From the NCBI GenBank assembly GCA_009774155.1, contig VSNE01000460.1, forward strand, positions 1 to 41,595: 41,595 nucleotides of DNA, read 5' to 3'. This DNA comes from Lachnospiraceae bacterium (lineage in GTDB: Bacteria; Bacillota; Clostridia; Lachnospirales; Lachnospiraceae). Shown piece by piece: positions 7,471 to 16,893 of this stretch (the first letter of the stretch is position 1; each line of letters opens with the position of its first letter). Both the position numbers and the translations under genes were made by a program. The notes under the pieces were generated by a model. The model did no database searches and had not been told where the DNA came from. It was given only the letters and a program-made list of their open reading frames with translations.

Positions 7471-8828
7471 TTCAAGTCCGCTTTCACGGCATCGATCAGG
7501 GCCGTCTGGGTATGCTCCTTTTTGGAGAGGGCTTTCATGATGCGTTCGTCAATGGTGCCCTTTGTGACGATGTGTTGTACCACCACAGTTTCAGAAGTCT
7601 GCCCCTGCCGCCAGAGCCGCGCAATGGTCTGCTGATAAAGCTCCAGGCTCCAGGTCAGTCCGAACCACACGATGGCCGAACCGCCGCTCTGGAGATTCAG
7701 CCCATGCCCGGCGGAAGCGGGATGGATCAGCGCCACCGGCAACTCGCCATTGTTCCATCTGCGGATACTGGCGGCGTCATCCAGCTTTGAGAACGGGATA
7801 TGCAGCTTTCGCAGCCTTTCCGAAATACGGGTCAGGTCATGCTTGAACCAGTAAGCCACCAGAAGCGGTTTGCTGTTGGCGGCTTCGATGATGTCCTCCA
7901 AAGCGTCAAGCTTGCGGTCGTGGATGCGGATGGTTTCGCCGCCGTCATCATAGATTGCGCCGTTCGCCATCTGGGAGAGTTTCCCGGAGAGGGAGGCGGC
8001 GTTGGCGGCAGTGATCTCTGCGTCGCCCAGCGACAGCACCAGCTCCTGTTTCAAGTCCGTGTATTTTTTCTGTTCATCCTCGGAAAGCCGAACCGTGTAT
8101 TCACTGCTGACCAGCTTTGGCATATGCAGGTGGTCGGCGGACTTCATAGAGATAGTGATGTCCGAAATCTGTCGGTAGATGGCGTCCTCTGCATAGGGCA
8201 GGGGTTTGTAGGAGTAGATGACCTGGCCGTTTCGCTTGTCCGGCGTGAAGTAATCGGTGCGGTACTTGGTGATGAACCGTCCAAGCCGCTGCCCCATGTC
8301 CAGGATGCGAAACTCCGCCCACAGATCCATCAGACCGTTGGACGCAGGAGTGCCGGTCAGTCCGACGATGCGGCTCACCTTTGGTCTGACCTTTAACAGT
8401 GACTTGAACCGCTTTGTCTGGTGATTCTTGAACGAGGATAGCTCATCGATCACCACCATATCGAAGTCAAAGGGAATGCCGCTCTCATCAATGAGCCACT
8501 GGACGTTTTCCCGGTTGATGATGTAGATGTCAGCGCGTCTCATCAATGCCGACCGGCGCTGGGCTTCCGTCCCGACAGCCACGGAGCAGATGAGATCCTG
8601 AAGGTGATCCCACTTATCCGCTTCAGCCGTCCATGTGTCCCGCGCCACTCTTAAGGGTGCGATGACCAGCACTTTATGGACCTCGAAGCTGTCAAACAGC
8701 AGGTCGGCTATGGCTGTCAGCGTGATGCTGGTTTTTCCCAGGCCGCAGTCTAAGAAGATAGCGGCTGCGGGGTGTGTCTCAATGTAATCCACCGCATATT
8801 TCTGATATTCATGAGGTTCGTATCTCAT
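7464..8828 (-). CDS. SNF2-family (SF2) phage helicase
   Basis: LDCGLGKT, DELS, TGTP, GHGLNLQ and ARLWRQGQ motifs. Likely start MRYEPHEYQ at 8828. Confidence 0.92.
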   Translation of the reverse strand: MRYEPHEYQKYAVDYIETHPAAAIFLDCGLGKTSITLTAIADLLFDSFEVHKVLVIAPLRVARDTWTAEADKWDHLQDLICSVAVGTEAQRRSALMRRADIYIINRENVQWLIDESGIPFDFDMVVIDELSSFKNHQTKRFKSLLKVRPKVSRIVGLTGTPASNGLMDLWAEFRILDMGQRLGRFITKYRTDYFTPDKRNGQVIYSYKPLPYAEDAIYRQISDITISMKSADHLHMPKLVSSEYTVRLSEDEQKKYTDLKQELVLSLGDAEITAANAASLSGKLSQMANGAIYDDGGETIRIHDRKLDALEDIIEAANSKPLLVAYWFKHDLTRISERLRKLHIPFSKLDDAASIRRWNNGELPVALIHPASAGHGLNLQSGGSAIVWFGLTWSLELYQQTIARLWRQGQTSETVVVQHIVTKGTIDERIMKALSKKEHTQTALIDAVKADLKI

Positions 8829-9090
8829 CCAGTATCCCTCCAATCTGCTCCGTATCGTCCAGCACATACACCGGAAATCCCAGCCGCCGCAAAAGCCTGT
8901 GGCGGGAAAGCTGCAGAGGTCGCGGCTTTTCTCCCAGAGCCTTGACTTCAACAAAGCCTATCCGTCCATTCGGCAGCAGCACCATGCGGTCCGGCATACC
9001 GTCAAAACCGGGAGATACGAGCTTGGGGCAGATGCCGCCGGCCTTTTTGACCATCTGCGTCAGTTTCTTTTCAATTTCTTTTTCTCGCAT
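8809..9090 (-). CDS. VRR-NUC domain nuclease
   Basis: EKEIEKKL...GMPDRMVL...FVEVK...RPLQ. Confidence 0.9.
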   Translation of the reverse strand: MREKEIEKKLTQMVKKAGGICPKLVSPGFDGMPDRMVLLPNGRIGFVEVKALGEKPRPLQLSRHRLLRRLGFPVYVLDDTEQIGGILDEIRTS

Positions 9091-9308
9091 CTGACATATT
9101 CCTCCCAGCATTCCTTAAAGGTCTCAAGGCAGGCATCACAAGCGCCGCTTCTGACCAGATGATTATGGATGATGTCATGCCATCCCTTGAATTTGCAGGC
9201 ACGATTCCTGGGGAAGTGTTCGGAATCCCTCGCCATATCTCTTGCGAGATCTCCTGCGGGAGAGTCACTCGTTTTGTAGTTTCTTATCATGTAATTGTAG
9301 AAGTTCAT
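9060..9308 (-). CDS. YozE/SAM-like small protein
   Basis: MNFYNYM...AGDLARDMARDSEHFP...FKECWEEY. GGAGGT RBS. Confidence 0.7.
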   Translation of the reverse strand: MNFYNYMIRNYKTSDSPAGDLARDMARDSEHFPRNRACKFKGWHDIIHNHLVRSGACDACLETFKECWEEYVRCEKKKLKRN

Positions 9309-9339
9309 GTCATTACCTCCGTGTTCTTAAAAACCTGAA

Positions 9340-9580
9340 AATCCTTACGCGCGTGCATATGCGTGATTTACGGGTTCTGTACAGTCTTTTTTATACATTT
9401 TCAATTTGTATGCTTTTTTAGGAACACAGGAACGAAGCCTGTAAAGTTGCCTTGCGGCGGCACATTCGGTGTGTTCCTGGCGGCGTTCCCGGAGTCTCCC
9501 CTGGGAACACTGCCGGAAGTCGGGAACTGTTCCTTATTCGCTCCGTTCCCGAAAAATCAGTCAGGAACATCGCCGGGAAC
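9340..9580. repeat. Putative replication origin: ten GGAAC/GTTCC pentamers beside an AT-rich tract
   Basis: GGAAC at 9421, 9429, 9504, 9523, 9564, 9576; GTTCC at 9473, 9485, 9529, 9545. T-rich 9385-9420. Immediately downstream of the primase/helicase. Confidence 0.6.
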
Positions 9581-11896
9581 AAAAACGAACTGGGGCCCGT
9601 AGGGCTTGACGCGCTCCTTTTTCTCCTTGCGCACCCAGCCGAGCTTGGTGAGCATGGCTGTGAGGTTGTTGGATTCTGCGCGGCCAAGGCTGCCCTGGTC
9701 TTTGCCGAAAAGCTCACACCAGATCTCCATATTGCAGACCCGTGTTCTGGCAACCGTACCCACACGGCCAATATTGTTCACTCCGGCGAGGAAGGAGCGG
9801 CGGTCGAACAGATCCATGCCGTCCCAATCCTCCGGGAGCAGGGTCTCCAGATACTCGCGCACCAGCCCTTCACGCTCATCGGACTCCAGGGCTTCCCGCT
9901 GTTCGCTTTTCGCCAGCATCTCCAGGTCGGGAGCAAGATGCAGCTTTTCGCCGTCCTTTACAAGCACCAGCACCTCCGCCCAGATCTGGCAGATATCCTC
10001 GGTGGTAAGTTCCCAGGAGTGTTTTATGCCGACGCCCGGCGTTTTGACCGGCCAGAACCGGCGGTTACCCGTGGTATCCCGCAGATAGCCGGACTCGGCA
10101 TTGGTGGTGCCAAAGAAGATACACTGCCTTGGGTGCGGCGTTGCCCGTCTGCCGAATGCGGCGCGGTAAATATCGTTCTGGCGGGAAAGGAAGGAGCGCA
10201 GCGTCTCCACCTCGGCTTTGCGAAGCCCCGCCAGCTCACCGATCTCCAGAATCCAATAGCCCTGCAGCTTCTCGGCAGCGGTCTTGTCCTTGGTGTCGCT
10301 CAGGTTCAGACTGTCGGAGAACCACTCTCCGGCAAGGCGGGAGATGAGGGTAGACTTGCCGATGCCCTGGGGACCGTTTAAGACCAGCATGGTATCAAAC
10401 TTCACACCCGGCTCCTGCACCCGGCGCACGGCGGCGCAGAGGGTCTTTCTGGTCACGGCACGGACGTAGGAATTATCCTCCGCACCCAGATAGTCGATGA
10501 GGAGCGTGTCCACACGGGGAACGCCATCCCATTCCGGCAGAGCCGCCAGATATTCGCGGATGGGATGGTAGGAGCGGTCATCTGCCACCTTGGTCACGGC
10601 GATCTGATAGTTGCGCTGGGAGAATGTACCGTAATGGGAGTCCACATAGCTGATCAGCTGTGCGTCATCGGCGTCCCGCCAATACTTGGACGGGTGCTTC
10701 CAGGGTACCTCGCCCTTGATTTCCATGCCGTCCAGCTGCTGGTTGAACACGATATTCTGGAGCTGCGGGTCATTCTGGAGGATGAGCGTGATGTTGTGGA
10801 GGTTGTTCTTTAGCACCGTGGAGCGGGGTTCATACTGGAAACGCTTCTGCCAGTCGGTATCCTCGCTGCCGGAGAAATCCGTCTCGGCGTCCGCCATTCT
10901 TTCGCTTGCCGCCAGCAGCTTTACCTCATCCTGCTGCATGGCGAACTCGCACATCGCCTTATAGGACGCTTTTTCGTCCAGATCGCCAAAGCGGTGGGTG
11001 CGGACGATGTCAAAGGCGTTGCACAGCTTGAGGTAAGCCGGGTCTTTGGCGTGGTGGCTGTATACGAATTTATCTTCCTTAATCTCCACACCCGCCATAC
11101 TGGAGGATGCGATCAGGTGCCAGCGGTTCTCATTGTCGGTCGGCTCATAGACATCGGAGAGAAATGTCTCCAGCGCCTTGCTGATGGGATAATAAGTGCG
11201 GTTGAACAGACCCACCACGCCCTCTTTGGTCAGCGGGTCCTGCACCTTCTGCTGTGCGGTGGTATTCGCCTTGCTTTCCCTGGAAGATGTGGGCAGTCTT
11301 GTAGGGTCGGTCCATTCCGGGTGCTTTGTGAGAATCGCATCGGGGTCGAGCCAGCCGCCGTCTGTCTCCTTATACACAAAGGAACCGTTAGCCGGCGTGG
11401 ACGGCCAGTACATCAGCTGATTGGGCTGGTAGGAACATTCGTCGAAATAGTCGATGCCCAGCATCTGAGCCAGATAGCGGGACACCGCCACAAATTCCTC
11501 CGGGGTCACATCCCTGGTCAGCGGGAATACCAGCCGGACGCGGGGATTCTCCTCTGTGCTGCTGTGAGTGGTGTACAGCGCAGAGGCATAGGGGCAGAGG
11601 GACTCATAGCTATCCAGAAAAGCGGCGTCAATGCGGTCGCCGTCAAGCGCCACCATCGAGCGGCTTTCCACCGTATCGACCTTGCGCCTGCCGCCCTTCA
11701 GAACGCCAGCCACAAAGCCGCCGTGGTCTTTGGCGGTGTCACGCTGGGCGCGGCTCATCTTCGCATATTCCTCGGCGGACTCGGTGGTGCGGATGGTCAC
11801 TTTGAGCCGCTCCTTTAGATTGTCAAATCGTATGGTCTTGTTGACCCATCTCTTTGCCTGCCGGTTGTTGCCGTAGGCGATGTTCAGTTCACGCAT
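9557..11896 (-). CDS. VapE/VirE-family primase-helicase
   Basis: N-terminal primpol-like LDGD...YTTHS...PRVRLVFPL. C-terminal GPQGIGKST Walker A, GTTN and TGNRRFWPV. Confidence 0.9.
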   Translation of the reverse strand: MRELNIAYGNNRQAKRWVNKTIRFDNLKERLKVTIRTTESAEEYAKMSRAQRDTAKDHGGFVAGVLKGGRRKVDTVESRSMVALDGDRIDAAFLDSYESLCPYASALYTTHSSTEENPRVRLVFPLTRDVTPEEFVAVSRYLAQMLGIDYFDECSYQPNQLMYWPSTPANGSFVYKETDGGWLDPDAILTKHPEWTDPTRLPTSSRESKANTTAQQKVQDPLTKEGVVGLFNRTYYPISKALETFLSDVYEPTDNENRWHLIASSSMAGVEIKEDKFVYSHHAKDPAYLKLCNAFDIVRTHRFGDLDEKASYKAMCEFAMQQDEVKLLAASERMADAETDFSGSEDTDWQKRFQYEPRSTVLKNNLHNITLILQNDPQLQNIVFNQQLDGMEIKGEVPWKHPSKYWRDADDAQLISYVDSHYGTFSQRNYQIAVTKVADDRSYHPIREYLAALPEWDGVPRVDTLLIDYLGAEDNSYVRAVTRKTLCAAVRRVQEPGVKFDTMLVLNGPQGIGKSTLISRLAGEWFSDSLNLSDTKDKTAAEKLQGYWILEIGELAGLRKAEVETLRSFLSRQNDIYRAAFGRRATPHPRQCIFFGTTNAESGYLRDTTGNRRFWPVKTPGVGIKHSWELTTEDICQIWAEVLVLVKDGEKLHLAPDLEMLAKSEQREALESDEREGLVREYLETLLPEDWDGMDLFDRRSFLAGVNNIGRVGTVARTRVCNMEIWCELFGKDQGSLGRAESNNLTAMLTKLGWVRKEKKERVKPYGPQFVFVPGDVPD

Positions 11897-12426
11897 AGTC
11901 GGTTACCTCCTCGCTCGTCGAAATAAACTCCATTTCGCTCACTTCCACAAAATTGTGAAAGTTCGCACATTCCGTTATTTCTCCTCTCCCAGAAAAGTCT
12001 AAAGTCTTTTCTGGGGTCCCTTTAGTAAAATATCTCAAACAGTAGTTCTTCCATTTGGCCCTGCGGATCTCCGCTTCCATGCCGGAAGAGATGTATTCTC
12101 CGAACACCCACACCTCGGAGCATTTGCTCATGAGGGCGTTTCCAAAGAACAGCCCCAGCTGGCGCTCCTTTGGATTGTCGTCACGCAGAAACTGCGGAAA
12201 CAGCAGATGCGGTGCAATGGGGATATACCCCGTGTCTACGGCGAAGCGGCTGTATCTCCGGGCGTTCTCCACGTTGGCTTCCACATCCCCGGCATAGGGT
12301 GAGCAGATGTAGACGATGGGACGGAAAGCGCGGAGGGCGCGTTCTTCCTTTTCTATATTGGTGAGGGCTTCATAGGTGGTGGGGTCGTAGTAGCCCTCGC
12401 TATTGAATTTGTTGATACTCATAGGC
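11889..12426 (-). CDS. DUF4406-like (nucleoside deoxyribosyltransferase-fold) phage protein with a C-terminal insertion
   Basis: VYICSPYAGD...IPIAPHL...CSEVWVFG...SSGMEAEI. Start near MPMSINKF (about 12420-12430) after GAGGT; exact codon approximate. Confidence 0.75.
11916..12020 (-). repeat. 105-bp structured (two-hairpin) in-frame insertion, REP/MITE-like
   Basis: CCCAGAAAAG..CTTTTCTGGG hairpin, then a GAAATAA..TTATTTC stem enclosing ACTTTCACAA/TTGTGGAAGT. Exactly 35 codons. Confidence 0.55.
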
Positions 12427-12435
12427 ATTACCTCG

Positions 12436-14376
12436 CTAATCTTTCTTGTAAAAATCGGTCTCGTAGCCATCTGCACGAAGCTGCAGTCCGTTTGCCCAGG
12501 GTGGAGTTCTGCCCATCTGGTCACAGACGGCCTGTAAGGACATCCGGCGGTCGGCTTCAATGACCACCTCGTCATGGATGTGCATGACGATGGAGCAATA
12601 GCGAAGGGTCTGCATGGCGTAGCAGAGGATATCGCGGGAGGTTGCCTGGACGATGTTTTCCACGAATTTGGGGCCGTAGCTGTCCAGACGCTCCCATTTC
12701 TTTGTGCCGCCAACGCCTTCATAGGTGATGCAGTCGCCGCCGAACTTGTTCGTCCCGATCTTGGGCTTGACATAGGCAAGATTCCTGCCGGACGGCAGGG
12801 TGATGAACAGCATTCCGTTTCTGGCGGAGAATACGATGCCGTGTGTTTTCGTGGTTGTCTTGCGGGTGACGGCGTCCATCACAGCGCGGTCAACCGCCCA
12901 CCAGAACTGCACGATTTTCGGATTCGCCTGTCGCCATGCGGAAACCAGGGCAGGAAGCTCGTCCTCGGACAGCCCCATCTCCAGTGCGCCCATCGCTTTC
13001 AGTGCGCCCACTGAGCCACCGTAGCCGAGAGCCAATTCGGCGATCTTGCCTTTTTGCCGCAGGTGGCCGTTGACGCCGTGCTTTTCTACGGGGACGCCGA
13101 ACATCTGGGATGCGCTGGCGCAGTAGATATCCTTGCCCTCAGCGAATACGTCCTGCCGCCATTTCTCGCCGGCAAGCCACGCAATCACCCTGGCTTCAAT
13201 CGCGGAGAAGTCCGCCACAATGAACTTCCTGTTTTTCTGCGGCACGAATGCCGTGCGAATCAGCTGGGAAAGGGTGTCCGGTACATCCTCATAGAGCATT
13301 TCCAGAGCGTCAAAGTCGCCTGCCCGGACAAGCCCTCTGGCTTCGGATAGATCGTCCAGATGGTTCTGCGGGAGATTCTGCATCTGAATGATACGGCCGG
13401 CCCAGCGCCCGGTGCGATTGGCTCCGTAAAACTGGAACATCCCTCTTGCCCGACCATCGGCACAGACGGCGATCTCCATTGCCTGATACTTTTTAACACT
13501 GGATTTCGCAAGTTGTTGGCGTAGGGTTAGTACCTTTTGAAGCTGAGGCGGCGCAGTTTTCAAAAGCTCCGCTACAGCCTTTTTGCCAAGGGTATCGGTC
13601 TCCACACCGTTATCCGCAAGCCACTGTTTCATCTGCTGTACCGAGTTGGGATTGTCCAGCGAGGTCAGTTCTTTCATCGCCTGGGTCAGCTCCGAGCGGG
13701 AGCGCCCGTCCATCTGAATGGCCTGCCGCACCAGTTTCATATCCAGACCCACGCCTCGGTCGTTGATCTCCTGGTCGAGATGGTATTCCTCCCAGACGCC
13801 GTCAGGCACGGGATACTTGGAGAGCCGCGCCTGGATGGACATCTCCGTCTCCACATCGCGGACGTTGTATCGCTTGAACGCCAGCCACTTGTCCGGGGCG
13901 TGTTCCGGTAGATTGCGGGTGCGCTGACCATTGGTCTTGGTTGGCGCACAGGGCTGGCAGAAATATTTGATGAGGTCTTTGCCTTCGGTCAGCTTTTGCT
14001 TTTCCAATCCGAGAACAGCCCCGACTCCCTCCAGGGATAAGGGTAGCCCCATATACGCCGCCCAGACCATCGAGCATTTCCAGGAGTCCGGCTCCAGATA
14101 GTCGCCGGTCGGATAGCCCAGAAAGCGTGACAGGCAGATGCGTTCAAAATTGGCATTGAAGGCCCACTTAGTTACCTTGTCATCCTCCAGAGCGCAAAGA
14201 ATCTCCGAGGGAATTTTCTCCCCGCAGGCAAGGTCTATCTGCTGTACGGAACCGCCGTCCACGCTGTAGGCAAAGAGCAGTATTTCAAAATCGGAAGACT
14301 CCACATAACGGTACACGCCTGTTTTGGCAAGGGGCTGGTCGCTATAGGTCTCCAGGTCGATTGATAAGGTTTGCAT
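12436..14376 (-). CDS. Phage family A DNA polymerase
   Basis: Exonuclease motifs IDLET and AFNANFE; polymerase motifs RTGRWAG, ADFSAIEAR, KIAELALGYG and HIHDE. Confidence 0.93.
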   Translation of the reverse strand: MQTLSIDLETYSDQPLAKTGVYRYVESSDFEILLFAYSVDGGSVQQIDLACGEKIPSEILCALEDDKVTKWAFNANFERICLSRFLGYPTGDYLEPDSWKCSMVWAAYMGLPLSLEGVGAVLGLEKQKLTEGKDLIKYFCQPCAPTKTNGQRTRNLPEHAPDKWLAFKRYNVRDVETEMSIQARLSKYPVPDGVWEEYHLDQEINDRGVGLDMKLVRQAIQMDGRSRSELTQAMKELTSLDNPNSVQQMKQWLADNGVETDTLGKKAVAELLKTAPPQLQKVLTLRQQLAKSSVKKYQAMEIAVCADGRARGMFQFYGANRTGRWAGRIIQMQNLPQNHLDDLSEARGLVRAGDFDALEMLYEDVPDTLSQLIRTAFVPQKNRKFIVADFSAIEARVIAWLAGEKWRQDVFAEGKDIYCASASQMFGVPVEKHGVNGHLRQKGKIAELALGYGGSVGALKAMGALEMGLSEDELPALVSAWRQANPKIVQFWWAVDRAVMDAVTRKTTTKTHGIVFSARNGMLFITLPSGRNLAYVKPKIGTNKFGGDCITYEGVGGTKKWERLDSYGPKFVENIVQATSRDILCYAMQTLRYCSIVMHIHDEVVIEADRRMSLQAVCDQMGRTPPWANGLQLRADGYETDFYKKD

Positions 14377-14402
14377 TTCGTCACTTCCTTCCATACCCCA
14401 AT

Positions 14403-14428
14403 AGGGCGGCAGATCGCTCCGCCGCCCT
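14403..14428 (-). other. Intergenic hairpin with GCGA loop, no U tract
   Basis: AGGGCGGCGGA-GCGA-TCTGCCGCCCT. Confidence 0.5.
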
Positions 14429-14440
14429 GGGGATTGGTTG

Positions 14441-14626
14441 TTATTTCTCCAGCAGCTTCATGCGGTTTTCGTGATACTCTGCGTCACGGGCCGCCTGTTC
14501 CCGCTCACGCTTTTCACGCTTGCGGTCATAGATGAAGGACTGGATACTGCTGATCAGAATGACTGCGCTGATGCACAGCCAGATGGCGAGAACTGCAAAA
14601 AGCAGAATTGTCTGAATCATTGTCAT
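14441..14626 (-). CDS. Small membrane-anchored protein
   Basis: Hydrophobic N-terminal helix and charged tail. GGAGGT RBS. Confidence 0.75.
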   Translation of the reverse strand: MTMIQTILLFAVLAIWLCISAVILISSIQSFIYDRKREKREREQAARDAEYHENRMKLLEK

Positions 14627-14646
14627 GGTCGTTTACCTCCCTTGTC

Positions 14647-15222
14647 TTAACCGAGGAAATCCTCGTCGTCATCAGTTGCGAAGTCGGCTTCAGCGCTGGC
14701 CTTGCCGCCCAGGGGTTCGCCGGGACGGATAAGCTGCAGGTTGTTCAGCCCGCAGGCGATGCCCTTGTTGCCGTTGCTGTTGAAGGCGTACAGGTTGATG
14801 GACGCCCTGCCGTACACGCCGGAATACACCTCGGAGCGGGTCAGCACGGGATTGCGGTCTGCGTCCACGATGCCGGGAGCAGTGGCGGAGTTGGCGTTGA
14901 TGAAGTAGGCGTTCGCATAGGCGGGATCATCGGGTCTTTCAATGTCGCCGTCTCTCAGCGGGGTCTTGATTGCGGAGAGAGGAGGTACGGAGCGGCCGTT
15001 GCCCTTCAGCTTGGCCTGTCCCTCCTGGTAGGCGGCTTCAATAGCGGCCTTGATTTTCGCCACCGTCTTGGTGTCGGACTTCGGGATGATCAGCGAAACC
15101 GAGTACTTCGGCGTGCCTCCGTTGATGGACTTGGGCTCCCAGACGTTGGCGTAGGACCAGCGGGTGTCGGGACCGGTGATGACCTTCATAGGGTTGTTGA
15201 CTCTGTTTGTGTTGTTAGCCAT
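14647..15222 (-). CDS. DUF2815 single-stranded DNA-binding protein (T7 gp2.5-like)
   Basis: RWSYANVWEPK...PLRDGD...VYSGVYGR...GLNNLQ, with acidic tail DDDEDFLG. Confidence 0.88.
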   Translation of the reverse strand: MANNTNRVNNPMKVITGPDTRWSYANVWEPKSINGGTPKYSVSLIIPKSDTKTVAKIKAAIEAAYQEGQAKLKGNGRSVPPLSAIKTPLRDGDIERPDDPAYANAYFINANSATAPGIVDADRNPVLTRSEVYSGVYGRASINLYAFNSNGNKGIACGLNNLQLIRPGEPLGGKASAEADFATDDDEDFLG

Positions 15223-15223
15223 A

Positions 15224-16351
15224 TTACATTTCCTCCATAAAATCATTTTTTGCGGTATTCCATTCGGGCCGTTTATCGCTCGACCACACGAGCGTCGGCC
15301 TGCCTTGCGGCTTTTCAATGTAGGGTGCGAGAAGCTCCTCAAAGCGGGATTTGCCCAGCATCTTCTGCATGGCGGTGATGCCGAGGAGCTTCTTTTCATA
15401 GGGGTCAAAGCCTGCGCCCTCAACGGCTGCGGCTACTGCGGTTTCACTGGTATACCTGCGGTTGGAGCGGCCCTCGACCAGCTTCCATCCGGGGAACACC
15501 GTGCCGCTGACAGCCTGCTGGAGCGCGTATTCCTTCACGTCCGCAGCCCAGGCGGTAAGAGCGTCCACCTTATCCAGGATGTCGGCGATTTCCTCATCGG
15601 TCAGGAGGGGTGGCTCCTCAAAGTCGTACCGGGCAAGCGCGAGATTCGCTTCAGCTCGTTCCCGGCATTCGGCCTTTGCCTTACAGAACCGGCACCATTC
15701 GCCGCAGTGAAAATCGCCGCCGCCCTCGTATGCCAGCTTTGCCTTATAGGTCAGGTCATTCCGTGCCCATTCGAGCAGATCGTCCTTTTCCATGACGCAG
15801 ACGCTGATATTGGATTTCCGGGGTTGATAGATGGTCATGCGGACGGAGTCGATGTCGTAGATGCCGTCAAAGATCTCCAGAGCGCCCAGGGCATACAGCA
15901 TCATCTGCGGATTATCCACGGCGCTGACCTCTACGCCTTTGCCGTGCTTATAGTCCACGATGTTCAGCTCACCGTCAGCGATGACGATGCAGTCGGCGGT
16001 GCCGAAGCCGTCCTGTACCCAGCGGGAGAAATCCACTCGTTGCTCGATCAGGATGACCGGGTCGGCGCAGGCCTGCTTTGCGGTCTCCAGAAGCTCCGAT
16101 ACATAGGCGGTATACCCGGCGGCGCAGTCCTCCATCTCCTCGTTGTACCAGGAGAGGTTTTCGATGGGATCGTCCGCCGGAACCCCCAGAGCTTGCTTCA
16201 GCCGAAACTCACAGAGTGCGTGAGCGTCCGTCCCCTCGGCGGCGTAGTCGCTTCCCTTATCCTCGTAGGCTTCACACAGCCTTGCGGAGGGCGGACAGTT
16301 GAGCCAACGCTCTGAAGAAGAAGCGGATAAGACTGCGTGCTTAACTGCCAT
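15224..16351 (-). CDS. DUF2800 Cas4-like PD-(D/E)XK nuclease
   Basis: HAVLSASSSERWLNCPPS, GFGTAD, VDYKHG, QMMLYALG and WCRFCKAKAEC. Confidence 0.88.
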   Translation of the reverse strand: MAVKHAVLSASSSERWLNCPPSARLCEAYEDKGSDYAAEGTDAHALCEFRLKQALGVPADDPIENLSWYNEEMEDCAAGYTAYVSELLETAKQACADPVILIEQRVDFSRWVQDGFGTADCIVIADGELNIVDYKHGKGVEVSAVDNPQMMLYALGALEIFDGIYDIDSVRMTIYQPRKSNISVCVMEKDDLLEWARNDLTYKAKLAYEGGGDFHCGEWCRFCKAKAECRERAEANLALARYDFEEPPLLTDEEIADILDKVDALTAWAADVKEYALQQAVSGTVFPGWKLVEGRSNRRYTSETAVAAAVEGAGFDPYEKKLLGITAMQKMLGKSRFEELLAPYIEKPQGRPTLVWSSDKRPEWNTAKNDFMEEM

Positions 16352-16658
16352 CCGTCATCACCTCCGCTTCGGCGAGCAATGCCTTGTAGTGTGCGGGGTC
16401 GATTTGTGACAGCTTGGATGCGCCGTACTTTTGAAGCAGGGCGCGGATCTCGGCGGTGTGTCCCTGGCGGGATTTGTCTGCAAGCACGGCTCGGACCTGC
16501 TCCAGCGTCAGTTCCGGTTCAGGCGGAGAAGCAGGAGCATCCTCTGCCTGCGGTTCACTGCTGAACATCTTCGTCAGCCAGTCAGCGGCATCCGAAATAA
16601 CAGCGGCAGCACTGCGAAGTTCTTCGATGGTCTGCGCCATATCGCTCATTCTGCTCAT
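16341..16658 (-). CDS. Conserved phage hypothetical protein
   Basis: 105 aa with GGAGG RBS. LTLEQVRAVLA...LLQKYGASKLS. Overlaps neighbours in operon fashion. Confidence 0.8.
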   Translation of the reverse strand: MSRMSDMAQTIEELRSAAAVISDAADWLTKMFSSEPQAEDAPASPPEPELTLEQVRAVLADKSRQGHTAEIRALLQKYGASKLSQIDPAHYKALLAEAEVMTDGS

Positions 16659-16806
16659 GCGATTTTCCTCCTTCCCTGGATTTGCTCTGCTGGCGTGCGA
16701 TGTTCAGGTTGCTTGCCAGTCTTCTTGACACCACGCTGATCGCGGTCAGGACATCAACAATGTCCTCGTCGGCATGGGCGTCATAATGGTTTGCGTTGTA
16801 ACTCAT
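16582..16806 (-). CDS. Small hypothetical protein
   Basis: AGGAGG RBS before ATG 16806. DVLTAISVVSRRLA helix. Confidence 0.6.
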   Translation of the reverse strand: MSYNANHYDAHADEDIVDVLTAISVVSRRLASNLNIARQQSKSREGGKSHEQNERYGADHRRTSQCCRCYFGCR

Positions 16807-16893
16807 ATCGGCGGTCCCTCCTTTCCCAAGGCGTCTTGTGTTGCCTTTCAATGACCCATCTGGACAGGAAAGGAGGGGTTGGCCGAAAGATTT

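Noticed and set aside
11916..12020. Assignment to a known ribozyme class
   Set aside because: Core consensus of hairpin, hammerhead or HDV-like ribozymes could not be matched by eye; left as an unassigned structured element.
12430..12779. N-terminal extension of the 11889-12779 ORF as a second nested gene
   Set aside because: Overlaps the polymerase C-terminus, low-information S/P/R-rich translation, and a good RBS lies at the downstream start.
4089..16315. Many 200-380 aa plus-strand ORFs across the lytic arm
   Set aside because: All antisense to well-supported genes in GC-rich DNA.
15224..16351. Cas4-like nuclease as evidence of CRISPR
   Set aside because: No repeat-spacer array or other cas genes; it is a standard phage replication-module gene.
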